Source: Camelus ferus
Lineage: Eukaryota
NCBI RefSeq assembly: GCF_009834535.1
Contig: NC_045696.1
Location: 47,060,001-47,124,000 of the forward strand
Direction of reading: 5' to 3'
DNA: 64,000 nt
Shown: in pieces, positions 49,575-63,681 of the stretch
How the letters are laid out: each line of letters starts with the position of its first letter
Numbering within the stretch: position 1 is the first letter of the stretch
Program-made: the position numbers and the translations under genes
Notes under the pieces: generated by a model
What the model was told of the DNA's origin: nothing
What the model saw: the letters and a program-made list of their open reading frames with translations, nothing else
The model's database searches: none

Positions 49575-49589
49575 TCATTCTTCGTGGAC
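49575..49589 (-). CDS. MYH15: MYH15 terminal coding exon (VHEE*)
   Basis: tttttcag|GTC CAC GAA GAA TGA on the - strand. Confidence 0.88.
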   Translation of the reverse strand, partial: VHEE

Positions 49590-52500
49590 CTGAAAAACAG
49601 TTATCAGTGTGTCTGTGAGATCCCTGTGACTTCCGTCAGTAAGACATGCCCAGAACCAAGCCCAGTGCTTTCCAGAGGACACAGCAGGCCTTAGCCAGTT
49701 CTTCATTAGCTTCAAAGCAGGGCAGAGAATTGAGGCAATTATCTGCAGGAGAGAAAGCAGACACCGGGCATTCACAGCAAGGGCACGCTGGGTCACTCAA
49801 TTTTGTGCATTCTTCGCATCGCCAGTGAAGGCAGCGCCCTCTACCGAAGACCCTGTGCGGGCAAGGCTGTAGCAGCATCACCAATTTGCTCCACAGCCCT
49901 GACACACAATCCTAGCAGAAAACCTTTTCCTTTGGTTTATGACGGTTGAGAGATTTTCAGGCTTTCCTTCTGTGAATGGAAAACAATTAGTCATGGCACT
50001 GCCAAGGACGATTTTCCTATTCATCTCTGGCCTCTCAGAAGCAATTTCTGCTTCACTCATTTCATTCTTTGTTGGAAATAACTGTGACAAAGTCGAATGC
50101 AGTACATCTGTTTTGGAGGCCTTTTGACCTCCTGCAGCTGAGTGCAATTGCAGCACGTGTGAAGCACTTCCCTAAACAAATCTATTGCAGGGGGTTGCTG
50201 GGCAGCTTCTGGGCAGAAGACCCCAGTCCAATGCTGTAATACTTCTTAAATTGAGGCCAGAGTTCAAACCACTTAACTGGACCTCTCCAGATAGATAGGC
50301 TTTATCCCCGAGACAACTCTTTGCTCATCAATAAGAAATTCCTAGAGTCTGCCAGTGACTCCAACTTCTCATATTTGGATCCAAAGATATTCAACATCAC
50401 CAACTTACAGCCTCTTCTTCAAATGAGTTCCTTTTGACCTCCTGTAAGGTAATATTTATTATTGGCCACCCTATCTAATTATCTTGCAGGGTTGTTAGTA
50501 ATTCATTTACAATAAACAAGAAAGAAGACCAGAAGTATACCTCATTTAAAAAGCAAAATGAAATGGTGGTGCCTGTGCTAAGTGCTCTACAGGCATTCTA
50601 AGGAGGGTATCCAATCTCCTTTAATTCTCTTCTAGAGCCAGATGTCATTTCTGGGGAAAATCTCAGTGAAGAAGCTAAGGCTAAGCTAACTGTGATAGTA
50701 TGAATATTTTTGTACCCCTGACAAATTCATATGTTGAAATCCTAGCCCCGCCTTCCTGTCCCCCTCCCCAGTGATGGTATTAGGAAGTAGGACCTTTATG
50801 TCATGAGGGTCGAGTCTGCATAACTGGGATTAATAATGTCCTTATGTGAAAAGACTCCAGAGAGCTTCCTCCCTGCTTTCTACCGTGTGAGGTTACAGGG
50901 AGAAGAGGGCTGCCTATGAGGAAGTGGCCTTCACCAGATACCGAGTCTGCCAGCACCATGATCCTGGACTTCCCAGGCTCCAGAATGGTGAGGAATAAAT
51001 GTTTGCTGTTTGTAAGCACCGGGTCTCTGGTATTGTCATGGCAGCCTGAACCGACTAACGACACTGACCCTACCAAGCCGACGGTTTAGTGTTCTCTATC
51101 ACTGTGCCCCTTTGCCAAGAAAATTAGGGCAGCTGCCTCTATTATTGGATCAGAACTAAAGTTTCATGGACCACAGAGATGTAGACAGTTCCTTTTCCCA
51201 TTTTAGGGCAGAAAACTAGAAAGCAGGACTCTTGTATTTGTTCTTCATGGCCTCAATTTTAAACCCGGCCCCCTGGGTCTCAGTATGATATGATACAAAG
51301 CCACATACTTGTCTACCATAGAAAGAGTTCACTTAGAATTTCAAGCAGATACATCCATGCTCTTTTAATCATCTTTGCTCCCTGGTCTCCTGACTGTTCT
51401 ACCCAAATGAATCTAGGCCCTGAAGCTCAGAGCCTGCAAACTAACCTGGAATTAAGCATTTGAGAAGTATAAGTACAATGTGCAGCCCACTCAAATGCTC
51501 AGCACCTCATACCACCTGGACAAGTAGAATTTAGTAAGTATAGGAAGATTTTATCAGACCCTGTTTTTTTTTTAGCTTTTTTTTTTTAACATTATTATTT
51601 TTTTAAAGCCTTGAAAGAGAGAAACATGAAATTTCTTGTTACACTGGTCCAGGTGATGACATGAGCCTGAAACACAAATGCTTTAAGAATTAGAGCAGAG
51701 CTGAATATCTGACATACCTTTTTCCCAAACTCTTTTGCTTTAAGCTTGAGTTTATTAACTTGAGATTCGGCTATCTCTGCCCTTTCCTTAGCTTCATTCA
51801 ACTCATGTTGCTGCTTCTTGTACTTGGAATGGTATTGACTGGCTTCTGCTTCCTATAAAAATAAAAAATGAAAAAAAGAGAAACCCTTGAGCCTACATAG
51901 TCATATTTTTTTCCTGCTCTGACATGAGAAAGTTGAAAACTGTGTGAAAGGGATTTAAGCTTCTGACTATTGAATGGAATATCATATTTTAGTATGATAT
52001 ATATGGATTCGGCCTTCCTAACAGGTACCAGGTCTATTTTATAACTGTTCCCTGGAAATTTAGAATGTGGTTGGCACTTTCCACCAAGTGCATGTAGTCC
52101 AGCTTTCACAGATTTGCTATGTGATACATTACAAAACAAACAACTGTGGTTAATCAGCTTAACTACTGGGTAGAGGGGGCTTGTCTTCACAATTATAAGG
52201 ATCAACAGGTAATTATTAGACATAGTATTTTAGCCCAAATCATTTAAACAATCAATTCAAAACTCTTCAAGATATATTATTATTAGGCATAAGCTAAAGC
52301 TAATATATATGGCACTTATCAGTTGCAGTCCACATAACTACAGATGCTAACCCAGGGTTGGCACCTGCATTTCATGTGATGGTGGGTTTGTCCACAGTCA
52401 AGTCCAGGCTCATCAGGAAGAGGACTGTGAATTGCACTTATGCTCACCCAAGGTTGTAGGGTGAGGAAAGCCTCAGGGTGACCACCCAACCAAAAATTTG

Positions 52501-55500
52501 GCATCCCTGCAAGATATCTGTCTCTTATTTGGCTCATTTCTTGCAATACACATGTTTGGGTGTAACCACAAGGTTAAAGAAGAGAGCTCTGGCTCCCTGG
52601 AGGGAAAAAGTGCATGCATTTTTACCATGGTTGATAATTCTAGCTTGAGAAAAACCAGAGAATGAGCAGACTTTAAGCTGAGCTGGTCTTCCCTGACAAG
52701 CTGCTCATCTAGCTCAGGGCCACATATTTCCATTAATCAAAAACAAATGGCTAGGAAATGCACGAGGCTGCAACTGCCCCAGGTACTTACCACTGCCTCG
52801 ATTTGCTGTTTATAACTTTGTACTTTTAGCTGAAGATTATCCATCTGTGTCTGCATCCTGCTCATCTTTTTCTTATCTTCCTCTGCCTGCAATGCATAGG
52901 TACGTATGTGAAGGTAATTTGAAGGGTGCAGCGGTCTGCACTGGGAGTAGCCTCACATGAGGATATGAGGGTAAGGAAACTTTATTAAACACATATTAGA
53001 GTTATGATTTGAAAACCAGGTTTCTCTACTCATCCCGAGTTCTAAGAGATTAATATTAAACACAGCTCAGAGCAATGGCCCTCATTTCTCCTGATCCACC
53101 ACAGAACTCCCAGTCTTGGCTAAAATGGACTAGTTTCAATTCAGTCTTCAGCCCTCCCATCCCAACCAAGCCACAGCTGCCTGTGGCTTCTCAGCACCAC
53201 TCCCCACCCTCGCACCATCAATCAAACCAATTTTTCCCTTGAACTTTCTAGTTGACCCTTGGCTTTAGGTAATGGAACTATAGGAAAGGTTAAGTTTTTT
53301 GGAATTCTGGTGTGGGCATCAGCAGAGATGTGAGGGAAATTCCATAAGCTGTGGGGACCCTTGCTGTGTGTGTTCTCATTGCTTCCATTGCAATCCAGGC
53401 TTAGGCTGGAGAAAGGAAACCTAGTGAGAAAGTGTTTCTCAGCTGTGCTCTGTACAGCTCTGGGTATTCTGAGGGGAAAGGAGGAGGGAGACAGACATGT
53501 AAAAAGGCTCTGCACGTCACCACCCCCTTTCCCACACCCATTTAACTAGAGTATCTCCACTTCGGAGCTGCTGAACTTCCCTGAAGAAGAAAGTATCTTA
53601 ACTGGCTGATGGTCGAGATAATGATTTAACTAAGACAAAGCCTTGCTGCTCAAAAATTTTTTTTTCCTGATTCCATCTTACCTATTCCATCAAGTATCAA
53701 CATTTCTGGTGGCTTTCATGGTTTCTCCACTTACGTTCCACTGCCCTCCACAAACCATCTCCACTCCAGCCAGCCTCATCTCCCATTTCCCCACACTTCT
53801 GCTTGTTTCCTCCTTAGTAGGTTTTAACCAATATCCCCCAGGACACAGCACAGAGGCAGCAGACAGAAATGCCCAGTGTTTCCTTGAAAGAGGCCTATTT
53901 GCTCATCTTAGTAGCTGTGGCCCTAGGGGCAGGCTTCTAATTTAACACACATCAAGCAGCAAGGGGCCGACTACAATACTTTCTAGTAACCAGGGAGGTT
54001 GGTGGGCACCATCTTCACACTCTCCCTCTGCCTCACTTCCAGTTCCTGGTATCTTTTGGAAAGGAATGTTTGGTGTCCCAGTTTTTGTGGCTCCCACCAA
54101 GGGGATACGCTTTGAAGACTTGGCTCTGGTGGCCAGCTGGACTTAATTTCATAGGTCCTACAAGACTGCACCAAAGAGTTTTTAACTGGCTACTACCCAC
54201 TCCTCCCCAGGCAGAAGCAGCAAACTGGAAAGCCTGGTAAAGCCAGTGGGTGTCATCTTCATGCTCTCCATCTGCTCCACCCCAGGTCACCAGTATCTCT
54301 GAGAAAGGAGCTTGTGCACGGGTCTGGTGCACTGGCTTATGTGGCTTAATTCCAGACGGCACATCCCTTGATATCTGCTCTCTGGTGGCCAGCAGGGCTT
54401 GTGTTCACAAGTTCAACAGGATAGTAGCAAAGAAAGAAACAGTTCTTAACTGGCTATCACCCCAAGGGTTTGAGAGAAAACAGACAGAAATGCCTATCTC
54501 CCAGTCTTCCTCTGAAAGAGGTATATTTGCATATTTTAAAAGCTCCTGCCTGAGGACCCAGCTTCCAATTTGCCTGCACCTAGGTACTGACTGAGATCCT
54601 CCCCTTGGGACACTGGCAGGTCTTGGACACCCTCAATTACTAGGACCCAGAAGAACAAAGAAGGCTGCTTAGACAATCAAAAAGGTTTCAGAGACAACCG
54701 AGAGTTAGGGTAGTGTTGAACAATAATGACCATCTCCCGCATGAGATTACTCATTCAAGGCTGGGAGAGTTAGTTGTTTTATCTAATGCATGGAAACCAA
54801 CACAGAAAGTAAAAAAAAAAGAAAAAAAAAAAAAAAAGATGAAGGAGAAGGAGGAGGGTAAGGAGAAGGAGGAGAAGAAGAAACAGAAGAAACAGAGGAA
54901 TATGTTTCAAATGAAGGAACAAGATAAAACCCCAGAAAAGGATAAAGATAAGTGATTTACCTCATAAAGAGTTCAAAATAATGAACATACTCACCAAGCT
55001 CAGGAGAACAATGCATGAATAAAGTGAACATTTCAACAAAAAGAAAGAAAATATAAGAAAGTACCAGTCAGAAATCACAGAAATGAAGAATAGGATAACT
55101 GAACTAAAAAAACAAAAACAAAAAAACAAAACCAATAGAGGGGTTCAACAGTAGTCTGGATGAGGCAGAAGAAAGGATTGATGAACTTCTAGACAGGGTT
55201 GTGCAATTCAACCCATAAAAGTAGCAAAAAGGAAAAAAAAGTGAAAATGAGTAAAGATAGCCTAAGAGATTTATAGAACAACATAAAGTGGACCAACATT
55301 TGCATTATAGGGGGCTCTCAGGAGGAGAAGGGAGAAAGAAAGGGACAGAAAACTGATTTGAAAAATTAATCATTCTTAACCTGGGGAGGGAGACACACAT
55401 CCAGATCCAGGAAGCCCAGAGAGTTCCCAATAAGATGAACCCAAAGAGACCCACACTAAGACACATTATATTAAATAGTCAGAAGTTAAAGACAAGGAGA

Positions 55501-58500
55501 GAATCTTAAAAGTAGCAAAAGAAAACAACTCGTTATACACAAGGGAAACCTCATAGGGTTATCGTATTTTCAGCAGAAACTTTCCAGGCCAGAAAAAAAG
55601 TGGCACAGTATATTTAAAGCGCTGAAAGAAAAAGACCTGACAACTGAGAATACTCTAATAGCAAAGCTGTCCTTCAGAATTGAAGGAGAGAGAAGTAGTT
55701 TTCCAGATAAGCAAAAGCTGAAGGAGTTAAGCACCACTAGACTCGCCTTACAAAAAATGTCTAAGGGACTTTAAGCTGAAACAAAAGAGCACTGATAAGT
55801 AATGGGAAAGTAGAAGTCTCACTGATCAAGATTAATGTAGGTTAAATTCAGAATAATCTGTTGTAATGGTGGTGGATAAGACACATAAATCTACTAGGTA
55901 GGTTAAGAGCCCAAAATAGTAAAAATAACTATACTACAAAATTTTGTTAATATGCAAGATACAAAGATGTAAATTGTGACATCAAAAACATAAAACATAT
56001 GTGAGGGGAGAGTAAAATGTAGGTCTTTAGAATGCACAAAACTTCAGTTGTCATCAACTTAAAATAGACTATTACACATATAGGTTGTTTTATATAAGCC
56101 TCATGGTAACCAGAAAGCAAAGCCCTGAATACACAAAGCATAAACAGAAAGGCATCTAGCATACCACTACAGAAAATCAACAAAGCACATATGAAGAGAA
56201 GAAGAAGAAAAGAACAGAGGAATTACAAACCAGAAAACAATTAACAAACTGTCAGTAAGTACATACCTATCAATAATTACTTCAGATGTAAATAGACTAG
56301 ATCCTCCACTCAACATAGAGTGGCTGAATGGATTAAAACAAAACAAAACAAAACAAGACCCATCTATCTGCTGCCTACAAGAGACTCATTTCAGATGTAA
56401 GGGCACACACAGATTGAAAGTAAAGAAGTGAAGGGAATGAAAAAGATATTACATGCAAACCCAAACTAAAATAAAGGTGGGGTAGCTATACTTATATCAG
56501 ACAAAACAGACTTTAAGACAAAGAGGGTCATTATATAATGATAAAAGTGTCAATCTAAGAAGACGATACAACATTTATAAATATTTATGCACCAACATAG
56601 GAGCATCTAAATCTATAAGGCAAATATTATCAGACCTAAAGGGAGAAAGAAACTGCAATCAATACTAGGGAACTTCAATACCTTGCTTTCATCAACAGAT
56701 ATATTAGATAGAAAATCATTACAAAAACTTTCGCCTCAAATGACACATTAGATCAGACAGGCAGATGCAGAACATTTCATTCAAAAACAGAATAAACATT
56801 ATTCTCAAGCACACATGAAACATTCTCCAGGATGCATGATATGTTAGGCCACAAAACAATTCCTAATCAATTTAAAAGGATTGAAACCATATCAAATATC
56901 TTTTCTGACCACAAAGTATGAAACTAGAAGTCAATTACAAAAAAAAAAGCAAAAAACAAAAAAACACCAAAACCGTGAATAACTCACAAATATATGGAGA
57001 CTAAACAACATGCTCCTGAACAACCAATGGGTCAAAGAAAAAAATCAAAAAAGAAATTAAAAAAAATACCTTGAGACACATGAAAATGAAAATACAACAT
57101 ATGAAAAGTTATGAGATGCAGCAAAAGCAGTTCTAAGAAGGAGGTTCACAGTAACAAATACCTACATTTAGAAACAAGAAAAACCTCAAACAAACAACTT
57201 AATTTTACACCTCAAGGAACTAGAAAAAAAAAAGAGCAAATGAAACCCAAAGTTAACAGACAGAAGGAAATAATAAAGATCAGGGTGGAAATAAATTGAG
57301 ACTAAAAAGATAATAGAAAAGATCAAATAAACTAAGAGCTTTTTTTTTTTTAGGATAAACAAAATTGTTAAGACTTTAACTAGACTCACCAAGAAGAAAA
57401 GAGAGAAGATTCAAATAACATCAGACATGAAAGAGGAGACATTATAACTAACACCACAGAAATACAAAAGATCATAAGAGACTACAAGGAACAAATATGC
57501 ACCAAAAAATTGGACAACCTAGAAGAAATGGATAAATTCCTAGAACATACAACTGACCATAACTGAATCATGAAGAGATAGAAAATCTGAGCAGACTGAT
57601 TACCAGTAAGGAGATTAAATCAGTAATCAAATACCAGGACCAAAAGTCATCAAAAATCAAAGTCCAGGACCAGATACCTTCACTACTGAATTCTATAAAA
57701 CATTTAAAGAATACCAATACTTTCCAAACTCTACCAAAAAACAGAAAAGGAGGTAACACTTCCAAACTCATTTTATGAGCCCAGCATTACCATGATACCA
57801 AACCTGGAGAAGGACATCACAAAAAAAGAAAACTACAGACCAATATCCTTGATGAACATAGAACCCAAAAAATCCTCAAAAAAATTAGCAAACTGAATTC
57901 AGCAGTACATTAAAAGAATCATACACCACGATCAAGTAAGATTTATTTCAGGCATGCAAGGATTGTTCAACATCTGCAAATATAATCAGTGTGATATACC
58001 ACATTAACAAAATGAATGGTAAAAGTCATAAGATCATCTCAAAAATGTAAGAAAAAAGTTTTACAAAGTTTGACATTTATTTATGATAAAACCTCTAAAC
58101 AGTGGATATAGAGGGAACATACCTCAACCTAATAAAGGTCATATATGACAAACTCACGACTAACACAATACTCAGTGAAGAAAAACTGAAAGCTTTCCCT
58201 TTAAGATCAGGAACAAGACAAGGATACTCATTCTTGCTGTTTTTATTCAAAGTAGTACTGGAAGTCCCAGGCAGAGCAATTAGGAAAGTAAAAGAGATAA
58301 AAAGCATCCATATTGGAAAGAAAGAAGCAAAACTGTCTCCGTTTACAGATGACATGATATTATATATAGAAAACCCTAAAGATATCAATAAAAACTGTTG
58401 GAACTAATAAATGAATTCAGTAAGTTTGCAGGATAAAAAATCATACAAAAATCAGTTGTGTTTCTGTACACAAATATGAATTATCAGAAGGAGAAATTAA

Positions 58501-59889
58501 GAAAACAATCCTATTTAGAACTGCATCAAAAAGAATAAAACACTTACAAATAACTTTAACCAAGGTGGGGTGAAAGACTTGTACACCAAAAACTATAAGA
58601 CACTGATGAAAGAAATTGAAGAAGACACAAATAAATGGAAAGATATTCCCTGCTTGGAGGAATTAATGTTAAAATATCCATATTACCCAAAATAATCTAC
58701 AAAGTCAATGCAATAACTATCATAATTCCAATGGCATTTTTCACAGAAATAGAATGGAAACACAAAAGACCCAAAATAGCCAAAGCAATCTTGAGAAAGA
58801 AGAAAAAAGCCAAAGGTATCATGCTTTCTGATTTCAAACATATTACAAAGGTGTAGTAATCAAAACAGTATGGTATTGGAGTAAAAAAAGACACACAGAT
58901 CAACTGAACAGAATAGAAAGCCCAGAAATAAACTCATATATACAAGGCCAATTAATTTATCTCAGAGGATCCAAAAATATATAATGAGGAGAAGATAGCC
59001 TCTTCAATAAATAGTGCTGGGAAAATTGGACAGTCACATGCAAAAGAAAGAAACTTGACCACTATCTTACACCATACATAAAAATTAACTCCAAATAGGT
59101 TAAAAACTTCAATCTAAGACCTGAAACCATAAGACTCCTAGAAGCCAACATAGGTGGGTAAGCTCCATGACACAGGCCTGGACAATGATTTTTTTTAAAA
59201 TTTGATACCAAAAGCAAAGGCAACAGAAGCAAAAATAAATAAGTGAGACTACATCAAACTTTAAAACTTCTATATAGCAAAGGAAACCATCAACAGAATG
59301 AAAAGGCAACCTGTGGAATGGGAGAAAATAGTTTCACATCATGTATCTGATAAAGGGTTAATATTTAAAATACATTAAGAACTTATACAACTGGATAGCA
59401 AAAAATTTTTTTAAATCTGATTAAAAATGAGTAGAAGATCTGAATAGACAGTTTTCCAAAGAAGACATACAAAAGGCCAACAGGTACATGAAAAGGTACT
59501 CAACATCACTAATCATCAGGGAAATGCAAATCAAAACCACAACGAGATAGCATCTCACACCAGTTAGAATGAACTATTATCAAAAAGATAAGAAATAACA
59601 AGTGTTGGCAAGAATGTGAAGGAAGGAGAGTCCTTGTACACTCTTGGCAGGAATGTAAATTAGTGTAGCCACTATGGAGAGCAGTAGGAAGTTTCCTCAA
59701 AAAATTAAAGATAGAACTACCATATGATCCAGCAATTCCTCTTCTGGGTATTTATCTGCAGGAAATGAAATCACTATCTCAGAAAGATATCTTCACCCCC
59801 ATATTCACGGCAGCATTATTTACAATGGCAAAGATATGGAAGCAATCAAAGTGTCCAACAACAGATGAATGGATAAAGAAGATGTGGTG

Positions 59890-59942
<53 letters not shown>

Positions 59943-62900
59943 ATATTACTCAGCCATCAAAAATAAGGAAACCTTGCCATTTTCAACAACATGGATGGAC
60001 CTTGAGAGCATTATAATTGGTGAGATAAGTCAGTTAGAGAAAGACAAATAATATAGGAGCTCATCTATTTGTGAAATCTAAAAAAAATTAACTCAGAGAA
60101 ACAGAACTGACTGGTGGTTGCTAGAGGTAGGGGGTTGGGCGAGGGTGGGAGAAATGGGTTATTGCAATCAAAAGGTACAAACTTCTAGTCACAGGATGAA
60201 TAAGTTCTGGGAAGGTAATGCAAAGCATGGTGACTATGGTTAACGATACTGTATTGTACACTGAAAGTTGCTAGGAGAGTAAATCTTAAGAGTTCTCATC
60301 ACAAGAAAAAAAGAACTGCAACTGTGTGTGGTGATGGGTGTTAACTAGACTTGTGATAATCATTTCGCAGGGTAAACATACATCAAATCATTATGCTGTA
60401 CACTCCAAACTAATACATCATTATATGCTAATTATACATTAACATAAAGGAAGGGAGGGAGGGAGGAAAGGTTGGTTTAACCAAACTTTCCCTATTGTCT
60501 AGAGCACCCCTCCCCCAGCTCCACCTTACAGTACAATCTGACAGTAGAGAATTAATTACTAATTTTAAGCTTCCTAAGGTGAGGACCAATATATAAGGCA
60601 TAGCCTGATTAGGGAAATGAGACAAGTCTATTTTATAAATAAAACCCCCCATTGTTTTCATCTTCCTATCCCACTATCTCTTTTTAAGAAATCTGAAGAT
60701 TCATAGAAATTTGAAATTTTCAGAAATTTGGAGCTTCACAGAAATTATGTGTTTATAGGGGTTTCTAAAACCAACAGAGGTTAAATTGCTTAAAACCAAT
60801 TTACTGAGGTGAGTGAATTTTCTGTGTGGTAAAGGCGGCCACAGAGGAGAAAACTGAAAAAGACTAGGAGTAGCTGCTCATGTCAATGATGTTCCTCCCA
60901 CGTGGGAGGCAAAGCCTTTACTGGGCTTCGGCTCACACCTGAGTAACTGTGGTTGCTATAGTTGTGCGTGGCAGCACAATTTCCCTTCAAGAAATGAACT
61001 TGCCATTCAGCTGTGAGGAATGCAGGTACCCGAAAAACCTCCAAATGTGGTGCCTTTCGGATCTGCAGTGGCATTTACACTGAGATCACACACTCCCCAG
61101 GCAACCCCCAGCCAACAGCTGGGCACAGCAGAGTTACCAGGGTCTGGCCTTTTCTGCCCAATGTGGGACTTCTTTGAGGCAGTCTTTGTGCTGGAGACTT
61201 GGTCAGAGCTGCACGGCAATCTGAGGCTTCTTCCTTCACCCTTCCCTTTCACAGGCGTCAGACTCACTCGACTCACACTGTGGTCTGAAAGCCTTCTCTG
61301 CCTCGTCCTGCTTCTCTCCCCTTTATCTTTCCCAGGTGTTACCGCCCATAAGTCTCTTGTACTTCTTACTCCATCCTAGCATCTGGTTCCTGGAGAACCC
61401 ACCGAAGACCAAATTTTGTTTTCTCATCCCTAGAAATGAAGATACTACATTCATACTTAGATTTGGAAGGATTAAATAACAGCTACACACAGATCCCGGA
61501 ATTTAGGAAGCAGGCAAAAGTAAAATGGAACAGGTGGATGGAGAGTGGGAGGCAGAAAACTGACTTCACCTTCTGTAACAAATACAGGTTCCTAATCTAT
61601 GTCCTGTTTTATAGCATATTTTTTGAGACACTAGAAAGACAAATAGGATGAATTTCCAAATGCTAGAGGGACATACCGGGGAAGATTAATGCTCAGTGGG
61701 GACTGGCCATAGAACTACTGTGGATGGGGTCACACTTGATTCCTTTTCAGTGTAATATCATCTTCTCAGATTTTTCCCAGGAAAACCATATTCATGTCCC
61801 TTTCAAAATGAAATTTTATAAAGGCATCTATGATGTACTGCCACAAAACACCCTGCCTCATTGTCCTGATGGTCATTTTGATGTTAAAGAAGAACAGATT
61901 GAATTGATTCAACATCTACCTTGAATATTTCAAAACAGGTATTGATTTCAAGGAATGTGGAGGGCTCTCTAATGTCTCTTTAAACTTACAGGGTCTGGCC
62001 TAATATCTTGCATAAAAAGGTACTCAGTAGGTTTTATTTGATTTGATGGCAGAAACATCATTGCATTACTGAATAGATAAACTCTAAGCATTGTGCAGAC
62101 ACTTGGAAGAAATTAAGAAATACACCTTCATATGAGTACACGGGGAACACTAAGATTATTGCTACGAAGAAACAAAGATAAAAGCACAATAGAATGAGAT
62201 TGTATCCCTTGGGACAATGAAAACCAAAGAAAATATAGCTTTGGTGTATTATTGTATAATAAACCTGTTTACAGAAGAAACCAGTAAGAATAATCCGTAA
62301 GAAAATAAAAAGAAAAGCATAACGAACAAGCGGCACTTCACTTCCTCATGTTTTCTTATCCTCACTCAGAAAAGGAGTAGAACAGCACATCTTTCACGTT
62401 CCCCAGGTGTCTGCTCCCTCAGCCACTCACACCACTGGGCGCATCCCCGAGTAGCTCTGATAATAATCCCTAGCATGTCTAAAGAAGTGTCAGACTAACT
62501 CATCTTAGAAAAGAACCACTTATTCAGCAGAGAAGAACTAGCAAATAGCTCATTTCATCTTAATTAGCCCAAGATGATGCTGCTGAAGCACTCTGCTTTC
62601 TCATCAGTGCTATCCATCCTACCGCAAGGGAGGAAGACTTTGATGTCTCTGACACCAGCTCAGCCTCAGGGACCAGCATCAGGACTGCAGATCCTGCGTG
62701 AGGCTGTCCGAGTTGCCATGAGATAGGCGCCTAGGATGAGTTTGCCTTTTCAGTGGAACAAGCTGTACTGTGCAGTGGAGAAAGTGACCTCTGGCATTTG
62801 TGTTCAACAACTGAAATATGTGCACCTACTCTGCAGGGAAGTGCCGGGACCCAGAGCGGTGAGCGAGACCGTGCCTCTGCTATCATGGAATCTCTGATCT

Positions 62901-63681
62901 CCATTTGAAAAAAATGGAAGAAAGGTTAGAAAATGAAAACAGAAGTGAGGGAGTACACTGCTACTCGGGAAATGCATTAGTTACTGATAAGAAGTCTGCC
63001 CACCTCTTTTCAATTACTTGCTTAGACCACTGCTAGACTGCAGGAAAACAGTCAGAGAGCTGCAGAGACCTCTCAGTATTTGCTGTTTCCACCTGGCACC
63101 AGCCCCAGATAGAGTCCTCGGCGGCCTGCAGTGTCTGTGTGACTAGAAAACAGAAATGGAATGGGCCCCCTGCTCCAGTTTAGCCAGTGTCCCTTGTAGC
63201 CTGCTGGCTGAGTCGCCACCCTGGTCTCTGCCAGTCACTTCATTTACACATTGTTCTCACTCAGCCTCTCACAGGAAGGCATCTTTCCGAAAGCGCTGCA
63301 GACATTATGTGTGAAAAAACAAGGCAGTATAAATAGCTTTCTGCTGCTAATTGCAACTTGCCACTCACATTTTGCTTCCGGAGAGCTCTGAAAGGGACCA
63401 ACCCAAACCAGTAATAGCACAGGAGCCCTGGAGGGCCAGTCCTGTCTCCCGCTGAGGGAGAGCAAGGATGGAGAGAGAACCACCTGAGATCTTGGGGGCC
63501 AACTGGCTGCTTAAAGGAGCACATTTGCCCAGGGTGGAGCCCAGCCAGGCAAATAGGGAGTGGTTTCCCAGAGTACCTGATAGGTCAGCTCCTTGATGCT
63601 TCGCTCCAGCCTGCGGGCTCCCCTCTGGGCCTCTGCCTTGCGACGGACCTCGCTCTCCAGTTCACCTTCCAATTCACGAAC
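49575..63681 (-). CDS. MYH15: MYH15 myosin heavy chain 15, 3' part only: complement join(63577..63681,52791..52886,51718..51852,49575..49589); gene continues beyond the window
   Basis: Four phase-0 exons with GT-AG borders give a sarcomeric myosin tail ending ...KEFGKK-VHEE*, matching human MYH15 (...REFGKKVQEE) as recalled; synteny with HHLA2. Confidence 0.93.
50691..51063 (+). mobile_element. MaLR solo LTR (MLT1A/B-like) in the last MYH15 intron
   Basis: aaattcatatgttgaaatccta...gccagcaccatgatcctggacttcccagg...ggaataaatgtttgctgttt; TSD ctaac/ctgac. Confidence 0.85.
51718..51852 (-). CDS. MYH15: MYH15 exon ([45 protein letters not shown])
   Basis: tttatag|GAA ... AAG|gtatgt on the - strand; 135 nt; [13 protein letters not shown] motif. 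Confidence 0.95.
52791..52886 (-). CDS. MYH15: MYH15 exon ([32 protein letters not shown])
   Basis: ttgcag|GCA ... GTG|gtaagt on the - strand; 96 nt; EEDKK..LQLKV.SYK myosin motif. Confidence 0.95.
53835..60446 (+). mobile_element. Near full-length decayed L1 (L1MA9-like 3' end), antisense in a MYH15 intron
   Basis: 5' UTR with an internal repeat, ORF1 remnants (about 54900-55780), ORF2 remnants ([28 protein letters not shown]), 3' UTR with aagttgctaggagagtaaatcttaagagttctcatcac. Confidence 0.92.
59893..59940 (+). repeat. (AC)24 microsatellite within L1
   Basis: Read directly. Confidence 0.95.
60880..61410 (+). mobile_element. Old ERVL LTR (LTR16-like)
   Basis: 3' end ccttctctgcctcgtcctgcttc...ctcttgtacttcttactccatcctagcatctggttcctggagaaccc. 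Confidence 0.55.
63577..63681 (-). CDS. MYH15: MYH15 exon ([35 protein letters not shown])
   Basis: cttgcag|GTT ... CAG|gtactc on the - strand; 105 nt; KELTYQ myosin-tail motif. Confidence 0.95.

Noticed and set aside
52343..52460. Short imperfect direct repeat atgctaacccagggttg / atgctcacccaaggttg
   Set aside because: Only two short copies; compatible with chance or an old local duplication
54713..54955. Lys/Glu-rich ORF
   Set aside because: Low-complexity A/GAA run inside the L1 5' region
21348..60446. All long intronic L1s are antisense to their host gene
   Set aside because: A well-known genome-wide orientation bias, not specific to this locus
49590..63576. Intronic myomiR as in MYH6/MYH7/MYH7B
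   Set aside because: No miR-208/499-like hairpin seen, and MYH15 is not known to host one
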